From positions 480,001 through 544,000 of the forward strand of contig CP046106.1 of NCBI GenBank assembly GCA_013343275.1: a DNA stretch of 64,000 bases. The letters run 5' to 3'. Below are positions 38,323 to 48,186 of the stretch, one piece after another. The translations under genes were made by a program, and so were the position numbers. The notes beneath the pieces are model-generated. The model was not told where the DNA came from. It saw only the letters and a program-made list of their open reading frames with translations, and did no database searches. Each line of letters starts with the position of its first letter. The stretch's first letter is position 1. Origin of the DNA: Candidatus Nanohaloarchaea archaeon (GTDB taxonomy: Archaea > Nanohalarchaeota > Nanosalinia > Nanosalinales > Nanosalinaceae).

Positions 38323-39600
38323 ATGACTAACTTCCGCGAATTCCCTGAAGACTTTTTCTGGGGTTCAGCAACAGCAGCACACCAAGTAGAGGGAGACAAT
38401 ACAAACGACTGGACCCGATGGGAGAAGCAGAACGCGGAGAAATTAGCCGACAACGCCAAGAGCAGATTTAACCCATACACAGATCTAGGTATGCCAACCC
38501 CAGAATGGCAGGAAATCAAAGACCAGGCATCCAGACCAGAAAACTATATCTCCGGAAAGGCCGCTGACCACCTCAACAGATACAAAAAAGACTTCCAGCT
38601 GGCCTCAAAACTTAACCACAACGCATACCGATTCTCAATCGAATGGTCTCGTATAGAACCCGAGGAAGGAGAGATAAACCCAGAAGCGATCGAACACTAC
38701 CATCAAGTTCTTGACGAGCTCGAGAAAAGAGGGATAGAGCCTTTCGTAACCTTGCATCACTTCACGAACCCACAGTGGTTCGCAGACAGAGGTGGATGGG
38801 CCTCCCGCCAAGCACATCAACGATGGCAGAACTTTCTCGATACCGTGGTAGAGGAGTTTGGAGACAGAGTGGACTACTGGATAACAGTAAACGAGCCGTT
38901 ACTATACTCTCTAGAGGCCTATCTTCTGGGCGGAAGACCTCCCAATAAACACAGCCCTGTAGCTTACCGCAGATCAGTTAAAAACCTGATAAAATTCCAT
39001 AAGCAGGCCTACAGAAAGATCAAGAGACAGGATGGTAATTCAAACGTAAGCTTCAGCACAAACAACGCTTATTTCGAGTCAGGAGGAGGTCCGTTGAACA
39101 CAGCTATTGCAAAAATAGGGAAAGAATGGTGGAACAACTATTTCATCAAAAAGGCTCTCCCTGAACTTGATTTCATAGCTCTCAACTTTTACTTCCGTAA
39201 CAGGATACACTACGGCTTCTTCAAGAACGAGTATAGAAAGAAGTCAGATATGGGCTGGGAGCTTTACCCACAAGGCATCTACAACGTGCTTCAAGACCTC
39301 AAAAAGTACAACCTACCTATAATAATCACCGAGAATGGCCTTGCTGACTCGGAGGACAGTAACCGAACCTGGTACCTGCAGAAAATCCTAAAACACATCC
39401 ATAGGGCCAGAGAAGACAACGCACCTGTAGCAGGATACCTCCACTGGTCCCTGCTTGACAACTTCGAATGGGATTTCGGATTCTGGCCTCGATTCGGACT
39501 GATAGAAGTTGAATACGACACATACGAGAGAACCGTACGCGGCAGCGCAGAAAAGTACGCTGAAATTATAGATCAAAACGGGTTATACAGCAACGAGTAG
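38323..39600 (+). CDS. Glycoside hydrolase family 1 (beta-glucosidase-like)
   Basis: FFWGSATAAHQVEG, YRFSIEWSRI, catalytic TVNEP and ITENG, WSLLDNFEW. Confidence 0.95.
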   Translation: MTNFREFPEDFFWGSATAAHQVEGDNTNDWTRWEKQNAEKLADNAKSRFNPYTDLGMPTPEWQEIKDQASRPENYISGKAADHLNRYKKDFQLASKLNHNAYRFSIEWSRIEPEEGEINPEAIEHYHQVLDELEKRGIEPFVTLHHFTNPQWFADRGGWASRQAHQRWQNFLDTVVEEFGDRVDYWITVNEPLLYSLEAYLLGGRPPNKHSPVAYRRSVKNLIKFHKQAYRKIKRQDGNSNVSFSTNNAYFESGGGPLNTAIAKIGKEWWNNYFIKKALPELDFIALNFYFRNRIHYGFFKNEYRKKSDMGWELYPQGIYNVLQDLKKYNLPIIITENGLADSEDSNRTWYLQKILKHIHRAREDNAPVAGYLHWSLLDNFEWDFGFWPRFGLIEVEYDTYERTVRGSAEKYAEIIDQNGLYSNE

Positions 39601-39660
39601 AACCCCTGAATCGCCTAACTTATAAAAATTCATCGAGACTCTGGTATGTAGTGAAAAACA

Positions 39661-41418
39661 ATGCCTCGCCAGCCAATTCTATCCGTACTCGGACACGTAG
39701 ACTCAGGTAAAACAACACTTCTAGACGACATCAGAGAATCAAAGATATGCGAAGGCGAGGCCGGCGGCATCACACAGATGATCGGGGCCACCGAAGTACC
39801 TATCGAAACACTCGAAGACGTATGCGGAGGCCTACTAGACCAGCTCGAAGCAGACATCACAATTCCCGGCCTTTTATTCATTGACACACCAGGTCACGCA
39901 GCATTCTCATCGCTCCGAAAACGCGGGGGATCAATCAGCGACATCGCAGTAGTAGTAATTGATATAGAAGACGGTGTGCAGCCACAGACAGAAGAGGCCC
40001 TGGAAATACTGCAGGAAACCAATACACCATTTGTAGTAGCTCTAAACAAGATAGATAAGCTAAACGGATGGAGAAGCGAGAAAGAACTCTTCACCCAGAA
40101 CATTCAGCTTCAGCAGGACCACGTACAGCAACAGCTAGATGAAAAAATATACGAACTGATGGGCGAACTCAACGAGTACGATGTAGTAGCCGACAGATTC
40201 GACCGAGTCGACAACTTCCAGCAGAAAGCCGCAATGGTACCTATCTCCGCGAAGACCGGAGAAGGAATCCCTGAACTACTGATGGTGATCGCAGGCCTCA
40301 GCCAGAACTACCTGGCCGACGAACTAGAAATACACGAAGGAATGGGCCGCGGCACAGTACTTGAAGTATCACAGGAGAAAGGTCTTGGTACAACCATCGA
40401 TGTAATCCATTACGACGGCGTGATTAACAAATCGGATAAACTGGTGTACGGGACTGCCGGAGGTGTAAAAGTTACTGATATCCGAGCTCTACTTGAGCCA
40501 AGGCCTCTACAGGAAATCCGTGAAGACAAACAGTACAACGAAGTTGAGTCCGTCCATCCAGCATCAGGTGTGAAGATCTCGGGCAAGGACCTGGAAGGTA
40601 TAATAGCAGGAGCTCCGATCCGAGCCTGCAGCGAAGAAGAACTTGGAGAGGCCAAGCAGGAGGTAGAGGACGAGCTGGAAGCCGTAGAGTTCGAGACCAA
40701 GACACACGGCGTTGTAGTCAAGGCAGATTCCCTGGGCTCCCTAGAAGCTCTGATGCGTGTGGTGGAGGAAAGCGATATAATGGTGCAGAAAGCTGAAGTA
40801 GGCCCTATCAACAAGGGAGACGTTGTTGATGTGCAGAACGAGGAGGAAGAGAATCAGGCTATCTTCGCATTCAACACCGGAATGACTGATCAGGGAGAGA
40901 CTGCGGTCAAAGACAAGGATATCAAGGTTTTCCAGAGCGACGTAATCTACGAGATAATAGACAGCTACACAGAATGGAAAGAAGAACTTGAGAGAGAAAG
41001 AAGAGAGGAGGCCCTATCGAATACTTCAAGACCTGCAAAGATACGTATCATGCCAGACCACGTATTCCGCAGCTCTAACCCTGCAGTAGTAGGGGTAGAG
41101 GTAGTTGAAGGGGTGCTCTCAACTGGCAGCAGCCTGATGGACGAAGAAGGCGACAGCATCGGCCGCGTAAAGAGCATACAGGAACAGCAGGAATCCATTG
41201 ACGAAGCCCATAAAGGAGATGAAGTTGCGGTATCGATCACAAACGCTACAGTGGGCCGGAACATCGAAGAAGGCGACATCCTGTACTCAGATATAACAGG
41301 TGAGGACTACCGGAAGCTTCAGGAACTTGAAGACCTGACAACCGCCGGCGAAGATAAAGTACTGGAAGATATCGTCGAGTTAAAGGACAGGAAGGACCCT
41401 CACTGGAAACTCGGATAA
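39661..41418 (+). CDS. infB: Translation initiation factor aIF5B (IF-2)
   Basis: GHVDSGKT, GITQMIGA, DTPGH and NKID motifs. Confidence 0.96.
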   Translation: MPRQPILSVLGHVDSGKTTLLDDIRESKICEGEAGGITQMIGATEVPIETLEDVCGGLLDQLEADITIPGLLFIDTPGHAAFSSLRKRGGSISDIAVVVIDIEDGVQPQTEEALEILQETNTPFVVALNKIDKLNGWRSEKELFTQNIQLQQDHVQQQLDEKIYELMGELNEYDVVADRFDRVDNFQQKAAMVPISAKTGEGIPELLMVIAGLSQNYLADELEIHEGMGRGTVLEVSQEKGLGTTIDVIHYDGVINKSDKLVYGTAGGVKVTDIRALLEPRPLQEIREDKQYNEVESVHPASGVKISGKDLEGIIAGAPIRACSEEELGEAKQEVEDELEAVEFETKTHGVVVKADSLGSLEALMRVVEESDIMVQKAEVGPINKGDVVDVQNEEEENQAIFAFNTGMTDQGETAVKDKDIKVFQSDVIYEIIDSYTEWKEELERERREEALSNTSRPAKIRIMPDHVFRSSNPAVVGVEVVEGVLSTGSSLMDEEGDSIGRVKSIQEQQESIDEAHKGDEVAVSITNATVGRNIEEGDILYSDITGEDYRKLQELEDLTTAGEDKVLEDIVELKDRKDPHWKLG

Positions 41419-41452
41419 CACGCTAATATTTCTTGAGGCCCAAACATGGTAC

Positions 41453-42631
41453 ATGGGATACGGCAAACTCGCAAAAGGAATAAGTGAAGACGAGGCCCGA
41501 CGAAAGCTGGAGAAAGTGATGCCCAGCCAGGAGAGAAAGAAGAAATTCCACGGGGCCTCCCCGCCAAGCGTTTTCATCGGATCACACAACTATCCCAAGG
41601 TCAACACCGGTATCCTCTCACCACAGCACGTCGGCAGCTCGGAGATGATGGACTCGCCAGACAACTGGTACAGCGAGAACTACTCGATAGAGAAGATAGC
41701 CTCGTTGAGAACTTCTCTGGTCAACTCGAAAAAACAGCTGAAAGTACAGAACACCGACAACTTCGTAGACAATACCAGAGAGATCGCGATGGCCTCAGAT
41801 CCCGTTGACATCGAGGTAGAACTAGATAAAAAACCTGGCGCATCGATCAGCGGAGGCCGTGTCAAACCTGTTTCTGCCAGCGGCGACATCAAAGAGTTCC
41901 TGCTGGGAGAGAATCCCTCAGTTGAGAAACAGGTGGAGAAAAAGTTCTACGACACTGATGTGAAGGCCGAAACCGCGGTAGAAGAGTTGACAGATAAAGG
42001 AATCGATGTATACAAGATCCAGCAATCGCTTTCAACCGGGATGCTGGGCCAGGAAGACAACAGGAAACTTGTGCCTACGCGCTGGGGCATCACAGCTTCT
42101 GACGACATGGTATCGAAGAAGATCCGTTCGCAGGTGAAAAACTACCAGGAGCTGGGCGAAATCCGTTACTTCAATAACGAATACGTTGGGAACGATTTCC
42201 ACATTTTTCTGATTCCTGGTCGCTGGGAGTACGAGCTTATAGAGCTGAAAAGGCCTGGATCTGTCTGGAACGCTGCGGAAAACACCTATATTGCTCAGAA
42301 CTACGAGCCTTTCCAGGGCCGAACACAGTACGCCGATGAGACAGCAGGCGCCTTCTACGCTGCAAGGCTTGGTGCTCTAGAGTACCTCAACAGTATAAAC
42401 CGTCAGGCCAAAGTACTGATACTAAGAGATGTCAGCCCCGAGTACTGGGCGCCTCTAGGAGTCTGGGTGATCCGCGAAACCGTCCGAAACGGCTTCGATG
42501 AGTACCGAGAGATAGACTCCTTCCAGCAGGTCAAAAAGATGATTGGAAGCGAGTTCAAATTCCTGTACCACCGACTGAAGAACAAAAGCAAGATGCTTGG
42601 CTCCCGGCAGGCCTCCCTCTCAAACTTCTAA
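41453..42631 (+). CDS. nre: Nre family PCNA-interacting DNA repair protein
   Basis: SPPSVFIG..YPKV, KLVPTRWGITA, PLGVWVIRE and a C-terminal PIP box QASLSNF. Confidence 0.88.
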   Translation: MGYGKLAKGISEDEARRKLEKVMPSQERKKKFHGASPPSVFIGSHNYPKVNTGILSPQHVGSSEMMDSPDNWYSENYSIEKIASLRTSLVNSKKQLKVQNTDNFVDNTREIAMASDPVDIEVELDKKPGASISGGRVKPVSASGDIKEFLLGENPSVEKQVEKKFYDTDVKAETAVEELTDKGIDVYKIQQSLSTGMLGQEDNRKLVPTRWGITASDDMVSKKIRSQVKNYQELGEIRYFNNEYVGNDFHIFLIPGRWEYELIELKRPGSVWNAAENTYIAQNYEPFQGRTQYADETAGAFYAARLGALEYLNSINRQAKVLILRDVSPEYWAPLGVWVIRETVRNGFDEYREIDSFQQVKKMIGSEFKFLYHRLKNKSKMLGSRQASLSNF

Positions 42632-42640
42632 AAGCAGTAT

Positions 42641-43579
42641 CTACTCTTTCTCCACGTTTTCAGCCTGTGTAAGATCGTTGTAGACCAGTAAGCTATAGTA
42701 CCTGAAGAATGTTACTGCTGGACCGTTCAGGAAGTAAACTATCCCTCCTACCCAGATCAATAGCCCTATAAGCACTGCTACCAGAGCCAGAGGCTTGAAA
42801 ATAAGATACATCACAAACGCCAACAGGCCTACAGGTATTATCAGCAGTAAGACAAAGAGTAACGAGGCCGTACCTATTGCTATCTGAACCATAAGTCCTA
42901 TGACCATTTTAACTACGAAGTAGAGGCCTAGCTGTCTCCACTCATCGATGGCTACTTGGTAGAGATCTCTCCAGGATGCGATAACTCCCTGCTCCTTCTC
43001 TATCATGAATAACGGGATGAAGTCAGCTGTAAACTGGAAGAAAACCACCGCTGCAATCACAAACACTACTGCAAGCGGCAAAGTGACGATAAGCGATAGC
43101 GGTGTTATTGCCAGAGGCAGTACAAGTAATCCTGCCGCTGCGATAAATGCAATTATTACGGCGATTTCAAAGGTAAATAGATGGAGCCCGTTGAATAAAT
43201 GCTTTCTGAAGTTCTCTCTAATACGGATTTCGTCGTCGAGAAGGGATTGATAGTATACAAAGCTGAATACTGCTTTCAAAAGACCGAAGACCAGGCCTAT
43301 ACCTATAGCAGCTGCCAGAGCAATTAAGATAATGGCCGCTGTGCTGAATCCATAGATACCGGACTGGCCAATATCAGATCCGGAAATTATATCCTGACCT
43401 GCGTCAAAATCATCTGAGTCAGAGAAACTGCCTCCAGGAGATGCACCGGGAAAAGCCACTCCGCCGACAAAGAAGGCCATAACTGCGATCTTAGCCCATA
43501 GCTTCCAGTCAAAAGGTAGCAGAAGCTCTCGAGTTCTTTTCGCTGCCTCCTCGATCTCCTGGAGCGCATACCATGCCAT
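42641..43579 (-). CDS. Multi-pass membrane protein (haloarchaeal DUF7544-like)
   Basis: MAWYAL..LLPFDW..W.K; about six TM helices; TFFRYYSL. Confidence 0.7.
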   Translation of the reverse strand: MAWYALQEIEEAAKRTRELLLPFDWKLWAKIAVMAFFVGGVAFPGASPGGSFSDSDDFDAGQDIISGSDIGQSGIYGFSTAAIILIALAAAIGIGLVFGLLKAVFSFVYYQSLLDDEIRIRENFRKHLFNGLHLFTFEIAVIIAFIAAAGLLVLPLAITPLSLIVTLPLAVVFVIAAVVFFQFTADFIPLFMIEKEQGVIASWRDLYQVAIDEWRQLGLYFVVKMVIGLMVQIAIGTASLLFVLLLIIPVGLLAFVMYLIFKPLALVAVLIGLLIWVGGIVYFLNGPAVTFFRYYSLLVYNDLTQAENVEKE

Positions 43580-43662
43580 GTTAGAACTAATAGGTAGACT
43601 ATGTTAAAACATTTTCTGCTGGCTGAAAGCCCTTAAATCAGTCAGCATCCCTCCAGTAATAC

Positions 43663-45504
43663 ATGGATCTTTTCCCATTCGAGCAAGTAAGGGACCGCCA
43701 GGACGAACTGGTAGAGGCCTCGGAACAGGCACTTGAAGATGAAAGCAATCTCGTAGCCCACGCACCGACGGGCCTCGGAAAGACAGCAGCAACAGTAACA
43801 CCTGCAATCGAGAAAGCACGCGAACAGGACAAGAAAGTATTCTTCCTCACACCACGGCACAGCCAGCACCAGATAGCGCTCGAAACAGTAAGAAAAATGA
43901 ACGAAAGGCACGGAGAAAATATAATTTCAGTAGACCTCATCGGGAAAGACCATCTATGTGAGGCCGACATCTCTACACGCGGAGGAGAAGGCCCGGACTG
44001 CCCACGCCACGACAACACCTTCAAAGACAACCATGAACTAACGACCCAGGCCCAGAGAAAACTGAAAGAGGTCAAACACCAGAATCTTTCAGCTGGAGAG
44101 ATGAAACAGGCCTGCGATAAAGTATGTGCCTACTCTCTTTCAATGCAACTGGCAGCTGACGCCGACCTGGTAATTGCAGACTACTTCCACATCTTCCATC
44201 CCGGAGTCCGCGAGGCCGTACTTGAAAACGCAGATATCAACCTGGAGGACTGTATACTTATCGTAGACGAGGCCCACAACATGCCTTCTCGGACCCGTTC
44301 GCTGTTTACATACTCTCTTTCGATGCCGAATATCAAGCGTGCGATCACAGAGGCAGAGACATTCGGCTACTACTCGGAACAGGAGAACCTTGACCAGTTG
44401 AAACGTGTTGTTTCGCGGATGGCAAACGAAAAGCTCTCCCAGACCGAACAGGACTCTACAATGAAGAAAGACGACCTGGTCGATAGCATCGACAACTTCC
44501 ACGACTACGAGGATATGGTCAAGGATATGGAGAATGTCGCAGAAGAAGTCGAGGAGGAACAGGAACGTAGCTACTGCGCGCAGATCGCAGAGTTCCTCAG
44601 GGCCTGGGAAGAAGGAGAAGACAACGGCTTCGTCCGCGTCATCAAAAGAGAGTACTCTCAGGGCAGTCAGACACTGAAAATCAAGTACTCATGTCTGGAT
44701 CCACAGATCTCAAGCAAGAAACCTCTGAACAAGGCCCACTCCTCGATCCTGATGTCAGCAACACTGACACCTCAGGAGATGTACGTACAGCTACTGGGCC
44801 TGGAAGAAGATAAGACTGAGACTAGAGCTTTTAAGTCGCCGTTCCCGGAGGAGAACGAGCTGGATCTTGTTATACCTACGTTGACAACAAAGTACGAGGA
44901 GCGAGGAGACTCTATGTGGCAGAAATACGCATGGTATCTGTCCAAATCCTTTGAGGCAGTTGACGGCAACTGTGGGGTTTTCTTCCCGAGCTACGCCATG
45001 ATGAACAAGGTCAAACCTCTGATAGAGGAGCACAGCGACAGGAAAATATTTATCGAGGAGAGGAAAGCAGACAAGGATGAGAAGCAGGACCTTCTGGACA
45101 AGTTCGCGGACAGGAAAGAAGCCGGCGACTCCGTGCTTCTTGGAGTAGCAGCAGGATCTTTCGGAGAAGGAGTGGACTTCCCGGGCGAAGTCCTGAAAGC
45201 AGTTTTTATAGTAGGCCTTCCATTGCAGCGGCCTGACCTTGAGACCAAGGAGCTGATAGATTTCTACGACGAGAAATTCGGAAAAGGATGGGACTATGGA
45301 TACAGCTATCCCGCCATGAACCGGGCGATACAGGCCGCAGGAAGATGTATACGTTCCTCAACAGACGAAGGCGTGATCGTTTACATGGATGAGCGGTATG
45401 AGTGGAGTAACTACCGGAAGGTCTTCCCTGACGACAAGAAACTTGTATCAACACGCGCACCATGGAAAGAGATAAACGAATTCTTCAGCAAAAACAGAAA
45501 CTAG
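43663..45504 (+). CDS. xpd: XPD/Rad3-like Fe-S helicase
   Basis: APTGLGKT, four Cys in the Fe-S region, DEAH, SATL and QAAGRCIRS. Confidence 0.88.
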   Translation: MDLFPFEQVRDRQDELVEASEQALEDESNLVAHAPTGLGKTAATVTPAIEKAREQDKKVFFLTPRHSQHQIALETVRKMNERHGENIISVDLIGKDHLCEADISTRGGEGPDCPRHDNTFKDNHELTTQAQRKLKEVKHQNLSAGEMKQACDKVCAYSLSMQLAADADLVIADYFHIFHPGVREAVLENADINLEDCILIVDEAHNMPSRTRSLFTYSLSMPNIKRAITEAETFGYYSEQENLDQLKRVVSRMANEKLSQTEQDSTMKKDDLVDSIDNFHDYEDMVKDMENVAEEVEEEQERSYCAQIAEFLRAWEEGEDNGFVRVIKREYSQGSQTLKIKYSCLDPQISSKKPLNKAHSSILMSATLTPQEMYVQLLGLEEDKTETRAFKSPFPEENELDLVIPTLTTKYEERGDSMWQKYAWYLSKSFEAVDGNCGVFFPSYAMMNKVKPLIEEHSDRKIFIEERKADKDEKQDLLDKFADRKEAGDSVLLGVAAGSFGEGVDFPGEVLKAVFIVGLPLQRPDLETKELIDFYDEKFGKGWDYGYSYPAMNRAIQAAGRCIRSSTDEGVIVYMDERYEWSNYRKVFPDDKKLVSTRAPWKEINEFFSKNRN

Positions 45505-45887
45505 AAAGGTGCGGAAAACTCCATCTCATAGACAGTAAGGCCAGCAACATCTTTCTCCCTTAACTCTGTATCAATAGCTTCATCAAGACTCTGCATAACC
45601 TCAGGCCATCTATCGCCCTCAAACTGGAAAACAGCTCTACGAGAAGTCCCGGAAAGAATTTCTTGGTCGCTGTTGACCGGTCCAGCGAGACTGAAATCAA
45701 AGTAAAGATCATCCAGCTCGTATTCATAACCAGACTCAATCTCGGATCTATCAGAATTCAGAACTCTGTATTCAGGCCTTCCATCCAGAGAATCCAGGAT
45801 ATACTCGTTTACAGCTGCGGCCATCTCATCGATATCATTTCTCCACAGCTCCTCCACCGAGTACTTCGTGTCAACAACCTGGGTCAT
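45501..45887 (-). CDS. Hypothetical acidic protein
   Basis: 128 aa ORF with DLYFDFS motif. Confidence 0.6.
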   Translation of the reverse strand: MTQVVDTKYSVEELWRNDIDEMAAAVNEYILDSLDGRPEYRVLNSDRSEIESGYEYELDDLYFDFSLAGPVNSDQEILSGTSRRAVFQFEGDRWPEVMQSLDEAIDTELREKDVAGLTVYEMEFSAPF

Positions 45888-45968
45888 ACAAAGAGAATAA
45901 CCGCAAAAAGATTAAACACCTCGCAAAAACTTGAAGCTGTAATAAATCTATCCTGACAAAGAACAAAC

Positions 45969-46361
45969 ATGACGAAAGTAATGGCCCAGGGAACATTCGA
46001 CATCCTCCATCCAGGCCACCTGCACTACCTGCAGAAATCAGCAGAGCTAGGAGAAAACCTGGTAGTAGTAATAGCAAGAGACTCACGCGTAGAAGACAAA
46101 GGCCTGCATTTCACCGAAGAGGAGAGGAGGGAGATGGTTAACGCCCTGAAACCTGTAGACAAGGCCATTCTTGGAAGCGAAGGAGATATCTACTCCACTG
46201 TACAGCAAGTCGATCCCGATACAATAACACTTGGCTACGACCAGGATCACAGCGAGGAAGAAGTCAGAGAAATGGCAGAAAAAGCTACAGGCCACGAAGT
46301 AAAAGTTAAAAGAATTTCAGGCCTTGAAGATTACTCCTCCAGCAACATCAGGGACTCCTAG
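45969..46361 (+). CDS. ribL: FAD synthase-like nucleotidyltransferase
   Basis: GTFDILHPGH, VVIARD and LGYDQ motifs. Confidence 0.8.
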   Translation: MTKVMAQGTFDILHPGHLHYLQKSAELGENLVVVIARDSRVEDKGLHFTEEERREMVNALKPVDKAILGSEGDIYSTVQQVDPDTITLGYDQDHSEEEVREMAEKATGHEVKVKRISGLEDYSSSNIRDS

Positions 46362-46708
46362 AAACTCTCGACTTCCCTGTATATAGCCTTGTAGATCGCT
46401 TCAGTGAAATTCTCATACTCTTCAGATCTTTCCTCTGGCCTTATCGTGAAACCTGTTCCATAATTTTCTGAGAGAACAGGAGCAACTTCGAAACCTAATA
46501 TCTTATCCTGAAGATCTCTATTTTCAAGTACGTAACCAGTATATCCTTCCGAAAGAGACTCTGTCTTCTCCAGGCCTGTATTAAGGCCTTCTATTTCACC
46601 GTAGATATCCGCTGCTTCTTCCAAGATTTCTTCTATCCAGAATTCTTCGCTACCCTCCAAATGAGAGGTCTCCAGCATCTGGCCATAAGTACTTTCCTCT
46701 ACTGACAT
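46358..46708 (-). CDS. Hypothetical acidic protein
   Basis: 116 aa acidic ORF. Confidence 0.55.
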   Translation of the reverse strand: MSVEESTYGQMLETSHLEGSEEFWIEEILEEAADIYGEIEGLNTGLEKTESLSEGYTGYVLENRDLQDKILGFEVAPVLSENYGTGFTIRPEERSEEYENFTEAIYKAIYREVESF

Positions 46709-46785
46709 TTTCGGCAGTTATACACATCAAGAAGGCTGCATTTAAAATATCAGGATTTAAAGATTTAGGCCCACCTAACTTTACT

Positions 46786-48186
46786 ATGAGCGAAGAGGAA
46801 ATCCAGAAGAACCAGGAGAAATTCGACCACATAACAGACGCAGAAATCAGCTACGACTCCGGAAAAGGCCTTTCAGAGGAAACAGTCCGGAAGATCTCCG
46901 AGGAGAAAGATGAGCCAGAATGGATGCTGAAAAAGCGTTTACAGGCCTACGACCACTTCAAGAGGAGGCCTATGCCAGACTGGGGTCCAGACCTTTCCGA
47001 TCTTGATTTCTCCGAGATCACTCCTTTCATGGTTGCAGAAGGAGACCAAGCTGACTCATGGGAAGACGTACCTGACGAAATCAAAGATACTTTCGACAAG
47101 CTCGGCATTCCTGAGGCCGAGAAAGAAGCACTTTCCGGCGTTGGAGCTCAGTACGAGTCCGAAGTTGTCTACCAGAATATGAAAGAGGAATGGGAGGAGA
47201 AAGGCGTTATCTTCTGCGACATGGACGAAGCAGTCCAGGAACACGAAGATCTAGTTAAAGAATACTTCATGAACAAATGTGTCCCACCGCAAGACAATAA
47301 ATTTGCGGCCCTACACGGCGCAGTATGGTCAGGAGGATCATTCGTCTACGTTCCAGAAGGCGTAGAAGTCGAGATACCGGTACAGGCCTACTTCAGGATG
47401 AACTCCAAAGGAATGGGGCAGTTCGAACATACTTTGATCATCGCGGAGAAGAACTCTAAGGTTCACTATATTGAAGGATGTTCCGCGCCGCAATATACCA
47501 GAAACAATCTACACTCCGGCTGTGTGGAGGTTTTCGTAGGTGAAGATGCTCACGTGCAGTACTCGACCGTCCAGAACTGGTCCAAGAACACGTACAATCT
47601 GAACACGAAAAGAGCAAAGGTCCAGTCCAACGGAACCATGGAATGGGTCTCCGGAAGTATGGGATCGAAAGTCACGATGCTTTACCCTTCCAGCCATCTA
47701 AACGGAGAAGGTGCACGCGCAAACCACATCTCCATCGCATATGCCGGAGATGACCAGGATATCGATACAGGTGCCAAAGTAGTACACAATGCGGAAAACA
47801 CCAAATCGACGATCGAATCCAAGTCTATCTCACAGGGAAGCGGGAGAACAAACTATAGAGGCCTTGTAAGAGTGTCTGAAGGAGCATCAGGCTCAAAAAC
47901 AAGTATCGAATGTGACGCACTGATGTTCGACGAAGAAGCAACCTCCGATACAGAACCATACATAGAACTGAAGGAAGACGACGTAGAAGTCGCCCACGAA
48001 GCTACAGTCGGAAAGATCGGCGACGAAGAGATCCATTACATGATGTCGAGAGGAATCGAGGAAGAGGAGGCCAAGGAGATGATCGTGAGAGGATTCATCG
48101 AACCTATCGCAAAAGAACTACCTCTTGAATACGCAGTCGAGTTGAACAGGTTAATTCAACTCGAAATGGAGGGCTCTCTAGGCTAG
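46786..48186 (+). CDS. sufB: Fe-S cluster assembly protein SufB
   Basis: GAQYESEVVY, WSGGSF, YIEGCSAP and HEATVGKI motifs. Confidence 0.96.
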   Translation: MSEEEIQKNQEKFDHITDAEISYDSGKGLSEETVRKISEEKDEPEWMLKKRLQAYDHFKRRPMPDWGPDLSDLDFSEITPFMVAEGDQADSWEDVPDEIKDTFDKLGIPEAEKEALSGVGAQYESEVVYQNMKEEWEEKGVIFCDMDEAVQEHEDLVKEYFMNKCVPPQDNKFAALHGAVWSGGSFVYVPEGVEVEIPVQAYFRMNSKGMGQFEHTLIIAEKNSKVHYIEGCSAPQYTRNNLHSGCVEVFVGEDAHVQYSTVQNWSKNTYNLNTKRAKVQSNGTMEWVSGSMGSKVTMLYPSSHLNGEGARANHISIAYAGDDQDIDTGAKVVHNAENTKSTIESKSISQGSGRTNYRGLVRVSEGASGSKTSIECDALMFDEEATSDTEPYIELKEDDVEVAHEATVGKIGDEEIHYMMSRGIEEEEAKEMIVRGFIEPIAKELPLEYAVELNRLIQLEMEGSLG

